DNA of 63,853 nucleotides, filler included, from Octopus bimaculoides (Eukaryota): NCBI RefSeq assembly GCF_001194135.2. It is 7 parts of 6 records of this genome, joined end to end, with 100 filler letters (N's around TTAATTAATTAA, not from the genome) between each part and the next. Parts side by side here need not be neighbours in the genome. Positions count along the whole stretch, not along the records: positions 1 to 12,139 come from NC_068988.1; 6 more parts are not named here. One strand, 5' to 3'. Shown piece by piece: positions 1 to 10,495 of this stretch (position 1 is its first letter; each line of letters starts with the position of its first letter). The notes under the pieces were generated by a model. It saw only the letters and a program-made list of their open reading frames with translations, ran no database searches and was not told where the DNA came from. The position numbers and the translations under genes were made by a program.

Positions 1-102
1 TGTATAGGCTCGTTTGCATAGGCTCGCTTGTATAGATAGGCTCGCTTGCATAGGCTCGCTTGCATAGGCTCGCTTGTATAGGCTCGCTTGCATAGGCTCG
101 CT
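1..102. repeat. 14-bp tandem minisatellite (TGYATAGGCTCGCT) x7, cut by the window edge
   Basis: Seven units are directly visible; one carries a 4-bp ATAG duplication. Confidence 0.95.
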
Positions 103-129
103 TGTTTATTCGTTGTGGTTGTTGTCGTT

Positions 130-395
130 GAGGATTATCATGATGACGATGGTAATAATGGTGAATGCCATGACGATGGCGACGAACGCGATGATGACGG
201 TCATTACCATGATCATGAAGATCATGATGAAGTAGACAGCGACGGCGATGATCACGATTACATTGATGATGATGATGATGGTGATGATGATGGTGATGAT
301 GATGACGATGATGATGATAATGATGGTGTTGATGATGATGGTGATGATTATGATTGTGATGGAGGTGCTGATGACGACGACGACGACGATGATGA
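130..395. repeat. Degenerate (GAT/GAC)n trinucleotide microsatellite
   Basis: A GAT-rich tract that explains the poly-D/I/M ORFs in the track. Confidence 0.9.
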
Positions 396-444
396 ATTTA
401 CTACTAGTACTGGCCAATTTCGGTTCAGTATAAATCATGTAGGG

Positions 445-665
445 GCCATCCGTACGAAAAACAGGATGTCCTTACATGACTTGCTAGAGATGGCAGCAAA
501 TCTCTCTCAGATTACGCGCTGTTCTCATTCTTAAAAAAAGAACACAATAATCTATACTGAATAAGATTCGCTTGAAAAATAGTGGTAGGGTCATGGCTGG
601 AATACGTTTGATGATAGGTCTGCTTGATCAAGGCTGACCAGAGGCTAAATAACTATAATAATATC
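445..665 (+). mobile_element. Unclassified interspersed repeat (SINE-like or LINE 3' end) with an (AAC)n tail
   Basis: The motifs gacttgctagaaatagcagc ... ggtcatggctggaat ... ggctaaacaac recur at about 20785-20935 (-), 35505-35930, 38520-38650, 39405-39500, 60035-60380 and 61480-61600. Confidence 0.65.
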
Positions 666-914
666 AACCGCCACAGTGGGGTTGTCCAATGAAAGAGCCT
701 CCACTTGATCGAATCTCTCTCAAATCTATTCCTATATATAACATCTGAAAAAGAAAAAAGAAAAAAGAAAAAAACAAAAGAAAACGGGATGCTCATGGCT
801 GGAATGCCCTTTTCATGGGCATTGATATATTATGTCAAAGCTTCCTTGAAAGTAGAGAACAATGTCAATGAGCCAGTCAAGAGGTTTCTATGTTTTCGCT
901 CAAAATGCAAAGAA

Positions 915-1245
915 TAGCAGTCAAGTTATGTCTTAGAACTTACGAAACTAGAAGGATATTGGATGATGTAATTGTAGAGATATTCTCTTAAAAGTAAATA
1001 ATTCACTGAGGGTAAATTACTCAGTGTAGATAATAGGAGTATATCACGATTGATGGAAAGAGGGACACTGAATTGGATACTAGAATTGCAGGTACTGATA
1101 CAATAATGCGCCAGCTCCAACATTTGATCTGTTGCTAGCAATTGTTCTTGTGTGGTACTGCTATAGATACCACAAAGACGAGGGAGATGCAAAAGAGGCA
1201 GAAACTCTGCAATACAAAAATTACGAATCATACGATGTTTGAACA
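915..1245 (+). mobile_element. Degenerate RTE-clade LINE fragment (C-terminal part of RT)
   Basis: Translates to EYITIDGKRDTELDTRIAGTDTIMRQL, resembling the RTE motif (YLG)xxxDGxxDxELxxRIxxAxxxMRxL, with disruptions. Confidence 0.5.
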
Positions 1246-1611
1246 TTTTTGTTAAGAGACCTGTTGATTATATGCATCCATTCATCTGGATTTATACTTT
1301 TGTAGATTTCTTTTATCAAAGTGAGCCTCGGCGGGATTTGAATTCCGAGCGTTGAATGTCAGAACAAAGTAGACTGTGTAAACATTTCTGTGAACCTACT
1401 ACCTTTGTTTAGCACAAAAGGAAACTGGACTGTCGTATCTGGAACTTCTTAGGTCATGGGTTAGCTATATGTGACTGAACTGGGGTTAAACACACATACA
1501 AAAATATTAAAAAAAAAACAAGTAGTAAGTAATTATTAACAAACCGCACCGATAAGATAGCTGTAACAGCTATAGTAAAAAAGGCAACGACAGTGGACGG
1601 CTTCAAAGGTT

Positions 1612-1854
1612 TTATTGACATTTGCCATATATGGAAATAAAGACATCAGTCTTAATGTTCGGCTCACACTTTGTGCCTGCAACACAGGGGCAAGTAAACG
1701 GGGAGGGTTGTGTGGAACAACCGTTTCCGGCTTGAGGAATTGGTTTACAGTAGACACCATTCGAAGTGAACGAATCGACAACACAGCAATGGTTCGGTGG
1801 GCATTTTCCCGGGAAGCGATCTGACATATTACACACAGGCTCAAATGAAGAAAC
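1612..1854 (-). CDS. Terminal coding exon of a secreted 10-Cys prokineticin/AVIT-like (colipase-fold, toxin-like) peptide
   Basis: VSSFEPVCNMSDRFPGKCPPNHCCVVDSFTSNGVYCKPIPQAGNGCSTQPSPFTCPCVAGTKCEPNIKTDVFISIYGKCQ*. Cys spacing is C-x9-C-x4-CC-x11-C-x9-C-x8-CPC-x5-C-x15-C. A phase-0 acceptor tatCTAATtgaatcttttAG has a branch-point-like CTAAT, and AATAAA overlaps the stop codon. Confidence 0.8.
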   Translation of the reverse strand, partial: VSSFEPVCNMSDRFPGKCPPNHCCVVDSFTSNGVYCKPIPQAGNGCSTQPSPFTCPCVAGTKCEPNIKTDVFISIYGKCQ

Positions 1855-2119
1855 CTAAAAGATTCAATTAGATAGCAAATAAATAGAACGTTAGTCATTG
1901 GTAAGTTATGAAATGGAGGTAGTAATAGAGATACTCAGGGAAATGGTTCGTCAGGAAACTCCCTGTTGTTTGTTTATCTGCACATCAATAGCATAGGAAG
2001 AATGTTTACATTCTTAGTTGATCCACAGTGGGGCTTTATAATATTTATATTTATTTCAATTCTCCTGCTTTAATCTGCGTTGTGTTTAGAATTGATATAA
2101 TTAGATGCACTGTGTTACT

Positions 2120-2525
2120 CTTTTACTAGTTTTAGTTTCTTGACTGTAGTTATGCTGGGGCACCCCTTGAAAGGTTTTAGTAAATGAAATTACTCTTAGT
2201 ACTTATATTTGAAATCTGATATTCTTTTGGTCTCTTTTTTCTTTTTTATCAAACCGCTAATTTATAAGGACCTAAAGCACAACGCTACTTGTCAAACGAT
2301 GAGAGACAAAGGCGAAAACTCACAGACATCGATACATAAATACATAGACACGCACACACAATGAGCTCCAGCATAGTTTCCACCAAACAAAATCCACTCA
2401 TATGCCATTGGTTGGCTCGGAGCAATAGTAGAAGGGATTCGTTCAAGTTGCTTTTCAGTGGGACTGAACTCAAAACCAACTGATTACGAATTAAACTTCT
2501 TGACCACACAGCCATGCCTGCACCT
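2120..2525 (-). mobile_element. Diverged copy of tRNA-derived SINE family A
   Basis: Aligns by eye to the full-length copy at 38670-39275 (both the ttttacttgtttcagtcatttgactg tail and the gggactgaac...ccacacagcca head). Confidence 0.7.
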
Positions 2526-2649
2526 AAATGTTGGTAAATATATTAATGGTTTAGTTAGTGGAGAGAAACAATGTCCATGACTTACACAGTTGTGAGTGAT
2601 TAAATTGATCATGTTGATGGTGAACCATGTTAAAACATCAGTCTTGAAT

Positions 2650-3000
2650 CATAAAATGTAATTCGATGGCTTCATTAAAGTTTGAAAAAGAAAAATCCTG
2701 ACTTGGTATGGAAGGGAATTGTATATGATAGCAAGATTTGGTTTGGTATTTTGTTGTGGGCGTTTGTGACGAGTGAGATAGGATCCATATTATCTCGCTT
2801 TCGTGTTACAAACGTGTGAGTTGAGTGGACCTGGTGAAAGTGAGAGACGTTTGATAGTACTAGGTGTTTGAGGTGAGTGAACTATGGAGTACGGGTAACG
2901 AGAAGAATGGAGATGTATGAGTAGAGTCTGCCTAGGTGGAGGTGGTGGTTGGTGCTGTATTATAGTGATGAGTGATTGCGACAGTATGAATAGAGACATG
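2650..3000 (-). mobile_element. Possible old Penelope-like element remnant
   Basis: HLHSSRYPYSIVHS and NLAIIYNSLP weakly resemble the PLE post-RT motifs YLHxxSxHP..SIxYSQ and PLVxTYxPxLP. Confidence 0.25.
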
Positions 3001-4049
3001 TGAGTAAAGTTGACCTTGGTTAAAGTAATGGTTTTACTGCTAACTTTTGGGCTGTCAGTTGAGTTTGTTCGTGTCTTTCTATTTATGTTGATTGTTTCCA
3101 ATTTTATTTGAATTAACACGAAAAATATTGTTATCGTATTGTTTTGTAGCTGATATCAAGGTCTCTAGTTCTACAACTTTTGTTTATCGTTTTTGAAATT
3201 TTAAAAATTTATTCTCTGTTCAGACATATGTCGATGGAGTGCCAAGCAGAAGAAAACGATCAAATTTTTCTGACAATTCAATGGTTCAGAAATGCTCACG
3301 AAATTGTAATAGTGATAGGATAGGCACAAAGAGTATGTAAATAAACAAAAAAATCTCGGGCAGGAAGCGTCTGAACTGTATTTAGTGCTGATTTATTTAT
3401 GAGATGATTGAAAGCATGGTAAACAGGTTACGGAGCAGAGGTAAATCAGATGGATTGGCCGAGAGGGATGAGAAGAACAATTTACCTTCAAAGTTGATCT
3501 GTATATGTGACTAAGACATTACTCTTAATGACCCAGTCTAGGTATTACATGAGTGGTAAGTACACCCCTTTTGTCAATGCTAAAGCCGACGCGCTAGAAA
3601 TAGCAGATAAATTATTCTCAGCATACATGCTACAGCCTTAAATATGAAAGCGCACAATGCATAATGCAGTCCTAGACACGCTGTTAAAAAGACAAAGACG
3701 AGCTGGTCGTTACCGAGACTAGAAGGGAATTGGGTTTGAACAGCAATAATAGCAAAAACGACTAAAAGTAACAACAACAACAATAAAAAATAAATACGGG
3801 TCAAAGAAAAGACAATATGTTAGTTAAAATAATTTTATTATTTGAGTCATTTCAGCAAGTATGAGAAGTTCAGACACACACACGCGAACACATAATACAC
3901 ACACATACACAAATATAGATACGTACGTGTGTATGTGTGTGTGTGTTTAACTAATACATTCAATGCATAGGGATGGTGTTCGCCCTCGTATGTTAATGGA
4001 TTTCAGGAATCCTGAGTAAAAACCGATCAGAGATATCGAGAAAGTAGGA

Positions 4050-4370
4050 CACAACGTTAACAAAAACAATTTCAAAGTAAGTTATAGCTGTGCAAGAAAA
4101 AAAAATTATGTGTGCAGTCCGAATGACCAATGTAAACAATAAACTAAGCATTACTGCAGGAAAAAATACAGACCTACCTAATTAATAAATGGTAAATGAG
4201 ATCAATTTTCAATACAATAAAAATTAGACCCCGGGCCGTCAACATCAAGACATGATGAAGCCTTATTTACAATATGTAACACTGGAACAAATTATGTGCT
4301 GAATGTGTTGATCTCAACTGGTTAATAATTGAAGACAGCGCATTCTATATGACTTGATGAAGGCAAACTA
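4050..4370 (+). mobile_element. Penelope-like element remnant (linker before GIY-YIG)
   Basis: Reads NVNKNNFKVSYSCARK, matching the PLE motif FN(R/K)NxxKxSYSC; the sequence downstream is degenerate. Confidence 0.45.
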
Positions 4371-5411
4371 AGCATTGTAATATATATATATATATATATA
4401 NNNNNNNNNNNNNNNNATATATACATATATATATATATATATATACATACACACACACACACTAGGGGATATACTGGATTTTATATTATGGGATACTGTT
4501 TTTCTAAGTCTATATAGTTTATTAGTTTATTAGAATTGTAGTGTCGCTGTACAGCAGATATAAAACTCATTCAAAGATGCACATATACATTTACAGATAC
4601 ACACACACTCACACACACATATTTACATACACACACACAAACAGATATATATCTTATTATCTTCAAACGATAGAAGTTATACAGTGACTCCAGAATGGGG
4701 CTTATAAAACAAGGTAGGGTCTAAAAATAGAGTTGGATACGCGCCTTACACGAAATTCTCGGTCCTTGCGTCACATTTTAACTTGCGTAGATTATTCATG
4801 CATTCAGCTCTATTTATCTTGCTTGTTCTACCACACCTATGTATGTAGAACACACATACACACACACACACATACATACACACGCATACATTCGCTCATA
4901 GATACTTATATATATATATATACACATAGATAAATATAGATATTTTATATGTATACATATATGTCTGTATCCATACTTATATTACCTATACTTTAAACAA
5001 AAGAACAAAAGTAATCCCAAAAGGCCACAATGAAGACAATTTCCTAACTGTAAAATTACAGTAGCAAGTCATAGCTAGATTAATTTACAATTTACACAAT
5101 GTAAACAACAGAGCCAATCGAAAGTTTGTGCTGTGGTAGTGAGAGTTAACGATAATCACGTTGATGGCAGTGGGTGCCACCGTTAACGCTTTCCTCGTAA
5201 AATCATTAAATATGGTTCTCTACTGAAAAGCATTGAGTTCTTCGATTTTATGCTCGGTTGTTTTTATATGTAATTTTACATACATACAAACATTCAGAAA
5301 TATATCTATTTATTTATCTATGTATATACAAATGTATGCCCATATATAACTATGTATGTATACACTCTCTCCCTCTCTCCCTCTCTCCCTCTCACGTACA
5401 CACACATGCAT

Positions 5412-5451
<40 letters not shown>

Positions 5452-5959
5452 NNNNNNNNNNNNNNNNNNNNNNNNNNNNNNNNNNNNNNNNNNNNNNNNN
5501 NNNNNNNNNNNNNNNNNNNNNNNNNNNNNNNNNNNNNNNNNNNNNNNNNNNNNNNNNNNNNNNNNNNNNNNNNNNNNNNNNNNNNNNNNNNNNNNNNNNN
5601 NNNNNNNNNNNNNNNNNNNNNNNNNNNNNNNNNNNNNNNNNNNNNNNNNNNNNNNNNNNNNNNNNNNNNNNNNNNNNNNNNNNNNNNNNNNNNNNNNNNN
5701 NNNNNNNNNNNNNNNNNNNNNNNNNNNNNNNNNNNNNNNNNNNNNNNNNNNNNNNNNNNNNNNNNNNNNNNNNNNNNNNNNNNNNNNNNNNNNNNNNNNN
5801 NNNNNNNNNNNNNNNNNNNNNNNNNNNNNNNNNNNNNNNNNNNNNNNNNNNNNNNNNNNNNNNNNNNNNNNNNNNNNNNNNNNNNNNNNNNNNNNNNNNN
5901 NNNNNNNNNNNNNNNNNNNNNNNNNNNNNNNNNNNNNNNNNNNNNNNNNNNNNNNNNNN

Positions 5960-6008
<49 letters not shown>

Positions 6009-6469
6009 ATACGTAGTACATAGGCATACACACACATACACACACACACTGTGCATGTGTACAGGATTTATGTATGTGGGTATGTATAAAATGATCGAAG
6101 CTAATATACGTTGCAATATATAATGGGGGAGGTTGTGGAAATAAAGAGAACCATAAGACATCAACGACTCTTGATCACTTTCATTCGATGAATGTTCTGC
6201 TTTCTCTAAATTGTAAAGCTTTGATATTTTATGGAGAAATTCTTTTGCAATTTTGGTTATAATTTCAGGAATTACAACCAGGAATCTATTAAAGGTTGCA
6301 GTAAAGAACAGTTTCCTATTGATCTGGCTTCCCCGTAGAATTAATACCTGGATCTAATATGTAGTTTATAGCAACGATTTTAAGAGGCAAAAAAAAAATA
6401 TATATACTTAGTATTATTGTTATTATTATTATTTAAAATAAATCATTATTATTAGAAATAAAAGAAATG

Positions 6470-6540
<71 letters not shown>

Positions 6541-6563
6541 TATTATTATTATTATTAATATTA

Positions 6564-6635
6564 AGGTGGTGAACTGGCAGAGTCGTTACCATGTCAGGAA
6601 AATTACCTAACGGCATTTCGTCCGCTTAAACGTTC
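6564..6635 (+). mobile_element. SINE family B 5' part, running into a gap
   Basis: ttaaggtggtgaactggcagagtcgtta...cggcatttcgtcc matches 42131-42330; it follows an (AAT)n/(ATT)n tract. Confidence 0.7.
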
Positions 6636-8733
6636 NNNNNNNNNNNNNNNNNNNNNNNNNNNNNNNNNNNNNNNNNNNNNNNNNNNNNNNNNNNNNNNNN
6701 NNNNNNNNNNNNNNNNNNNNNNNNNNNNNNNNNNNNNNNNNNNNNNNNNNNNNNNNNNNNNNNNNNNNNNNNNNNNNNNNNNNNNNNNNNNNNNNNNNNN
6801 NNNNNNNNNNNNNNNNNNNNNNNNNNNNNNNNNNNNNNNNNNNNNNNNNNNNNNNNNNNNNNNNNNNNNNNNNNNNNNNNNNNNNNNNNNNNNNNNNNNN
6901 NNNNNNNNNNNNNNNNNNNNNNNNNNNNNNNNNNNNNNNNNNNNNNNNNNNNNNNNNNNNNNNNNNNNNNNNNNNNNNNNNNNNNNNNNNNNNNNNNNNN
7001 NNNNNNNNNNNNNNNNATTGCCGGCCTTGTGTTTTTAAGAGTGTTAGCATTATTTTGTCCAACTCTTCCACTTGTACTAAGTGTAACTGCATAGAAGAAT
7101 GTTTTTAAATGCAGAGCAACTAAAAAGAATGGCAAAGAATGTAATTATTTGCATTAATTTTTTCTATGAAAAAGAAGAAAAAGAATGTCTTTTCTGCTAC
7201 TACAAGTAAACATGTAAAGCAAAACGTCTAAAATCGCCTCCTACAAAATAAATAAATAATTAATTTAAACAAAACAAAACAAAACTTGATTTTACTGACA
7301 GTAAACAGAAATACATACATTTAATCTACAAGAAAGAAAATGAATTTTTGACAGAAAATAACACGTGCAACAATAACATTAAGAGCAGCAATAACACGCA
7401 CAGCATGAATTTCGTTAGACGAAGTGATTGATGGGGAGTTCGAATTAAAAAACAGGGAAAGCTCTGAAGAAGTTGCGTATTTGACTGATACTTCGATCAT
7501 AGAGGTACTTCTTTTCCTGATGATCTCTGATCTTTCAGTCTTTATGAATTCATAGTTCTAGAATATGGTCATTTTGTTAATTTGTGAAGATTTTTCTGCT
7601 ATATTTTTATTCCACCGCTTCTCTGTTCGTACTTCATACTTGTGCATAAAAGTTCCATTACTGTCACGTCCACTGATGTTTTACGTCTTGGTTACGTTTG
7701 GACGGCTAGATAAAACACGTTTTATTGTTTCTTTCAAATCTCCACATATTTTGCTTTTATTTAATGTGCTCTGGATTTAGTAGCTTCTGGTGAGAAAGCG
7801 TTGAATTACTACTATAACCAAAAATCTTTCAGGCTTAGCTTTCAGTCAGCACTGTCATGTCTCATTATGTTTCTATTCTCTTCAATTCCCTCCACTTAGG
7901 TAATGACAATATAGCAGCTTTTGTTGCAACAACATCCTGTAGTCCCAATTTTAGCCTAGGTTTTTTTTAACCTTTTCACAAATTTTGTGTTATTTCTCTT
8001 TCCACCTCACAAATGTTCTGTCAGTTACTTCAGCCTCACTGGTATATTAGTTCATTTTAAGAGTTCATTGTGTCGTTTTAATCTTGGGGATCTGTTTGTT
8101 TCCTTAGTCAGTTTTGTATCTAGATTTTAGAACTTTATTAAATATTTTTGCCAACAGGCTTATAGTCAAAGGAATTTGAACCTGTGAATATTCCAACTTT
8201 TCTTTCTATATGCAGGGATGCCAGTACAATTTTATTGTACATGTGTTTTAAGATAATCGGATGTCATTTGAAGGAAACTTGTTTAGTCTCTCTTGCAGGC
8301 CGAACGACCACATAAGCGATCCCAGATTAGTTGTTTCTGGATATTTTAGTATATCGTTAAAACTCCTTTCAAGTGTTTTGTGGGATATTTTTTTTATTCC
8401 CTTTCTCCGGAAGTGTGACCCTATGTCATTTCTAAATATTTTGCTGTTGTTTATATTCTGAACAATTTGGATTTTTAGTTTGATGTTTATTCTGAAAATA
8501 GATCTGGCATTGCACGAGGTGCCTTTATCTTTCTCACTCACATCAAACTATCTTTTCTATGTTTCTATCTAAAAGTCTTAAAATATTTTTTGCTTTGCTA
8601 CATTCTTTGCTTTGCAAGTTACTTAGTCCCAGTGAAGATAATTTTCGACAAGAGTCACTATTGTTTGTTTCAGTCTAAGAAGTTTTGTTGCTGTTTTTGT
8701 CAATGATACATACTTTGCAATTTAGCTAGACTA

Positions 8734-9130
8734 AGCAGCGGGAAGTTTAGACAGTGTCATGTGACAACTTGCTGGTGCTGCCTACTGGACTCTAGCAGCG
8801 GGAAATTTAGACAGTGTCAAGTGACAACTTGCTGGGGAAGCCTGCTGGAGCCTAGCAGCAGGTATAAAAAGGGGAATTTGACATGACAATCAGTCGGACG
8901 CTGACACTTGTTGATGCTGCATCGAAGAGGCCAGGGAATAGAAGAAAGAAGACATGCACCCAACACCAGAGCTGAAGACACCTCCGAAAGGGGGGGGGCA
9001 CGTCAAANNNNNNNNNNNNNNNNNNNNNNNNNNNNNNNNNNNNNNNNNNNNGTGGTTCCTCCTGATGATGTCTTGAGCTAACTGGATCCTATAAAGGAGC
9101 TGTTGTGGTAGCAGACCACGAAACATGGTT
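8734..9130 (+). mobile_element. LTR-like or Penelope terminal-repeat-like segment: 60-bp direct repeats, TATA box, two CTGA(A/T)GA..GAAA-like motifs
   Basis: 60-bp units start at 8734 and 8794, with a partial unit at 8854. TATAAAA lies at 8863, CTGAAGA at 8972, and CTGATGA...GAAACATG at about 9063-9125. Confidence 0.35.
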
Positions 9131-9293
9131 GAAATTCCTTCCTTTAAAAGATTCTGCTTTTGCTATTACGCCCTTTTCAAATTTTCCGCTTGTGTCTCTT
9201 CGCGGTCACTCTCGTTATAAATACTCTCACTGTGGAGAGAGTCAACTACCACCCTGATTCATAAGAAGATAGTTAAAAAACTATCGCCCATAT

Positions 9294-9388
9294 GGAGGGC
9301 GCCGTGGCGTGCATGGAAGCCGCGGGCGGGAGCCCGGGTGAAGACGACCGCGGGTGCAGATTTTGGTGGTAGTAGCAAATATTCGAAC
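9294..9388 (+). pseudogene. 28S rRNA fragment (~95 bp retro-copy), not a functional rRNA gene
   Basis: GGAGGGCG...GAAGCC..GGGCG..AGCCCGGGTG.AG..GACCGCGGGTGCAGATTTTGGTGGTAGTAGCAAATATTCGAAC matches the conserved eukaryotic LSU core GGTGCAGATCTTGGTGGTAGTAGCAAATATTCAAAC; it is a GC-rich island in AT-rich DNA. Confidence 0.85.
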
Positions 9389-10495
9389 CAAACTATTAAA
9401 ACACCTAGGTGTCCAACAGCCTTAAGAGCAAACAAGTTTCTGTGACAAATATTGTACAATAAATAGATCACGAATTCATTCTAACAGAGCTCATAAAACA
9501 AGCGAGCAAACAAATACAAGCTTCCTTTGTGTATCGCTTTTGTTAATTACGAAAACACCTTTCGTGGCATCGAGATGAACGCAGTTTTGAAATCTCTGGA
9601 AATGCAAGGTCTGAAGCAGCACCATACATCAAACTACTCAGAGATATGAACTCTGGATGCACAACTGATATAGCTCTGCTATCACAACCACCAAGGGTCC
9701 CAATTGAGAAGAATGTTAAGAAAGGAGATAATTTTTACTGCATTAGTGGCAAGCAACAAACATACCTCCTCTTTGTAGATGACGTAATCATCGCTGAAAA
9801 CACAACCCAGCTGCAGACCAAGGTGATGCAGATAAACGCTCAGAGCTTAGCAGTAGGTTTTAGAATAAAGTGCATGAAAACAAAATATATGCGGTCGGAA
9901 GATGTAGTATGAGGCCGAATAGAGGTGGGAAGCGATGAAATCGAGGAGATAAAGGAGTACGTCTACTTAACCAACACAGTGAATATGCGCCGAGATATTG
10001 ATGCTGAAATTTCAAAGCGAATGTGGGCAGGTTGGAAGGCATTTAACTCAATAAAGGATGTGCTCCAAACAAAGCTAAACAATGCTATACGTGTCAGACT
10101 CTTCTATAGCACCGTTCTACCTGCGCTCTTATACTGCAAGTGAAACATGAAAAACTATGAAGTGGGTAGAACATCAACTGGCTACGACGCAAGTGGCCAT
10201 AGAAAGATCCATGCTATGAATATCATTAAAAGAGCACACTCAAAATGAGGTAATTCGGGAACGGAACGGAGAGAGCGATGTGATCGCGGAGCACAAATTC
10301 CACTGAAACGGTAAAACCGCAGCATTCACAAACAAGTGGAGCCGCGAAGCTGCTGAATGGAATCCAAGAAATCAGGAAAGGCCACTTAGAAGGCCTCCAC
10401 GACGATAGGCAAACGATTCGGTCAAGCAACTTTGGTTAAGAATGAAAAGAATGGCAAAATCAAGACAAGATTGGAACTGCATTGTGACCAGCGGT
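9389..10495 (+). mobile_element. 5'-truncated, degenerate RTE-clade LINE (RT domain to 3' end)
   Basis: QQP*EQTSF..DH..LT.L..KYKLPLCIAFVNYE; VKKGD; LLFVDDVII (YADD-equivalent); EYVYL..ISKRMWAGWKAF..TVLPALLY. It contains stops and frameshifts. Confidence 0.9.

Noticed and set aside
88-534. Asp-rich 148-aa ORF and overlapping poly-I/poly-M ORFs
   Set aside because: These are translations of a (GAT)n microsatellite, open in several frames, with no splice or domain support.
3580-3804. Hydrophobic ORF resembling a signal peptide for the Cys-rich gene
   Set aside because: It has a TTG start, an upstream in-frame stop with no ATG, poly-Leu from (TTG)n, and no phase-0 donor.
5258-6164. Long ORFs spanning N runs (also at 10.5, 12.8, 19.5, 23.3, 39.7 and 43.3 kb)
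   Set aside because: They are artefacts of Ns and dinucleotide repeats.
7064-7158. MQIITFFAILFSCSAFKNILLCSYT* signal-like peptide on the minus strand
   Set aside because: It ends in a stop with no convincing donor and may be chance in T-rich DNA.
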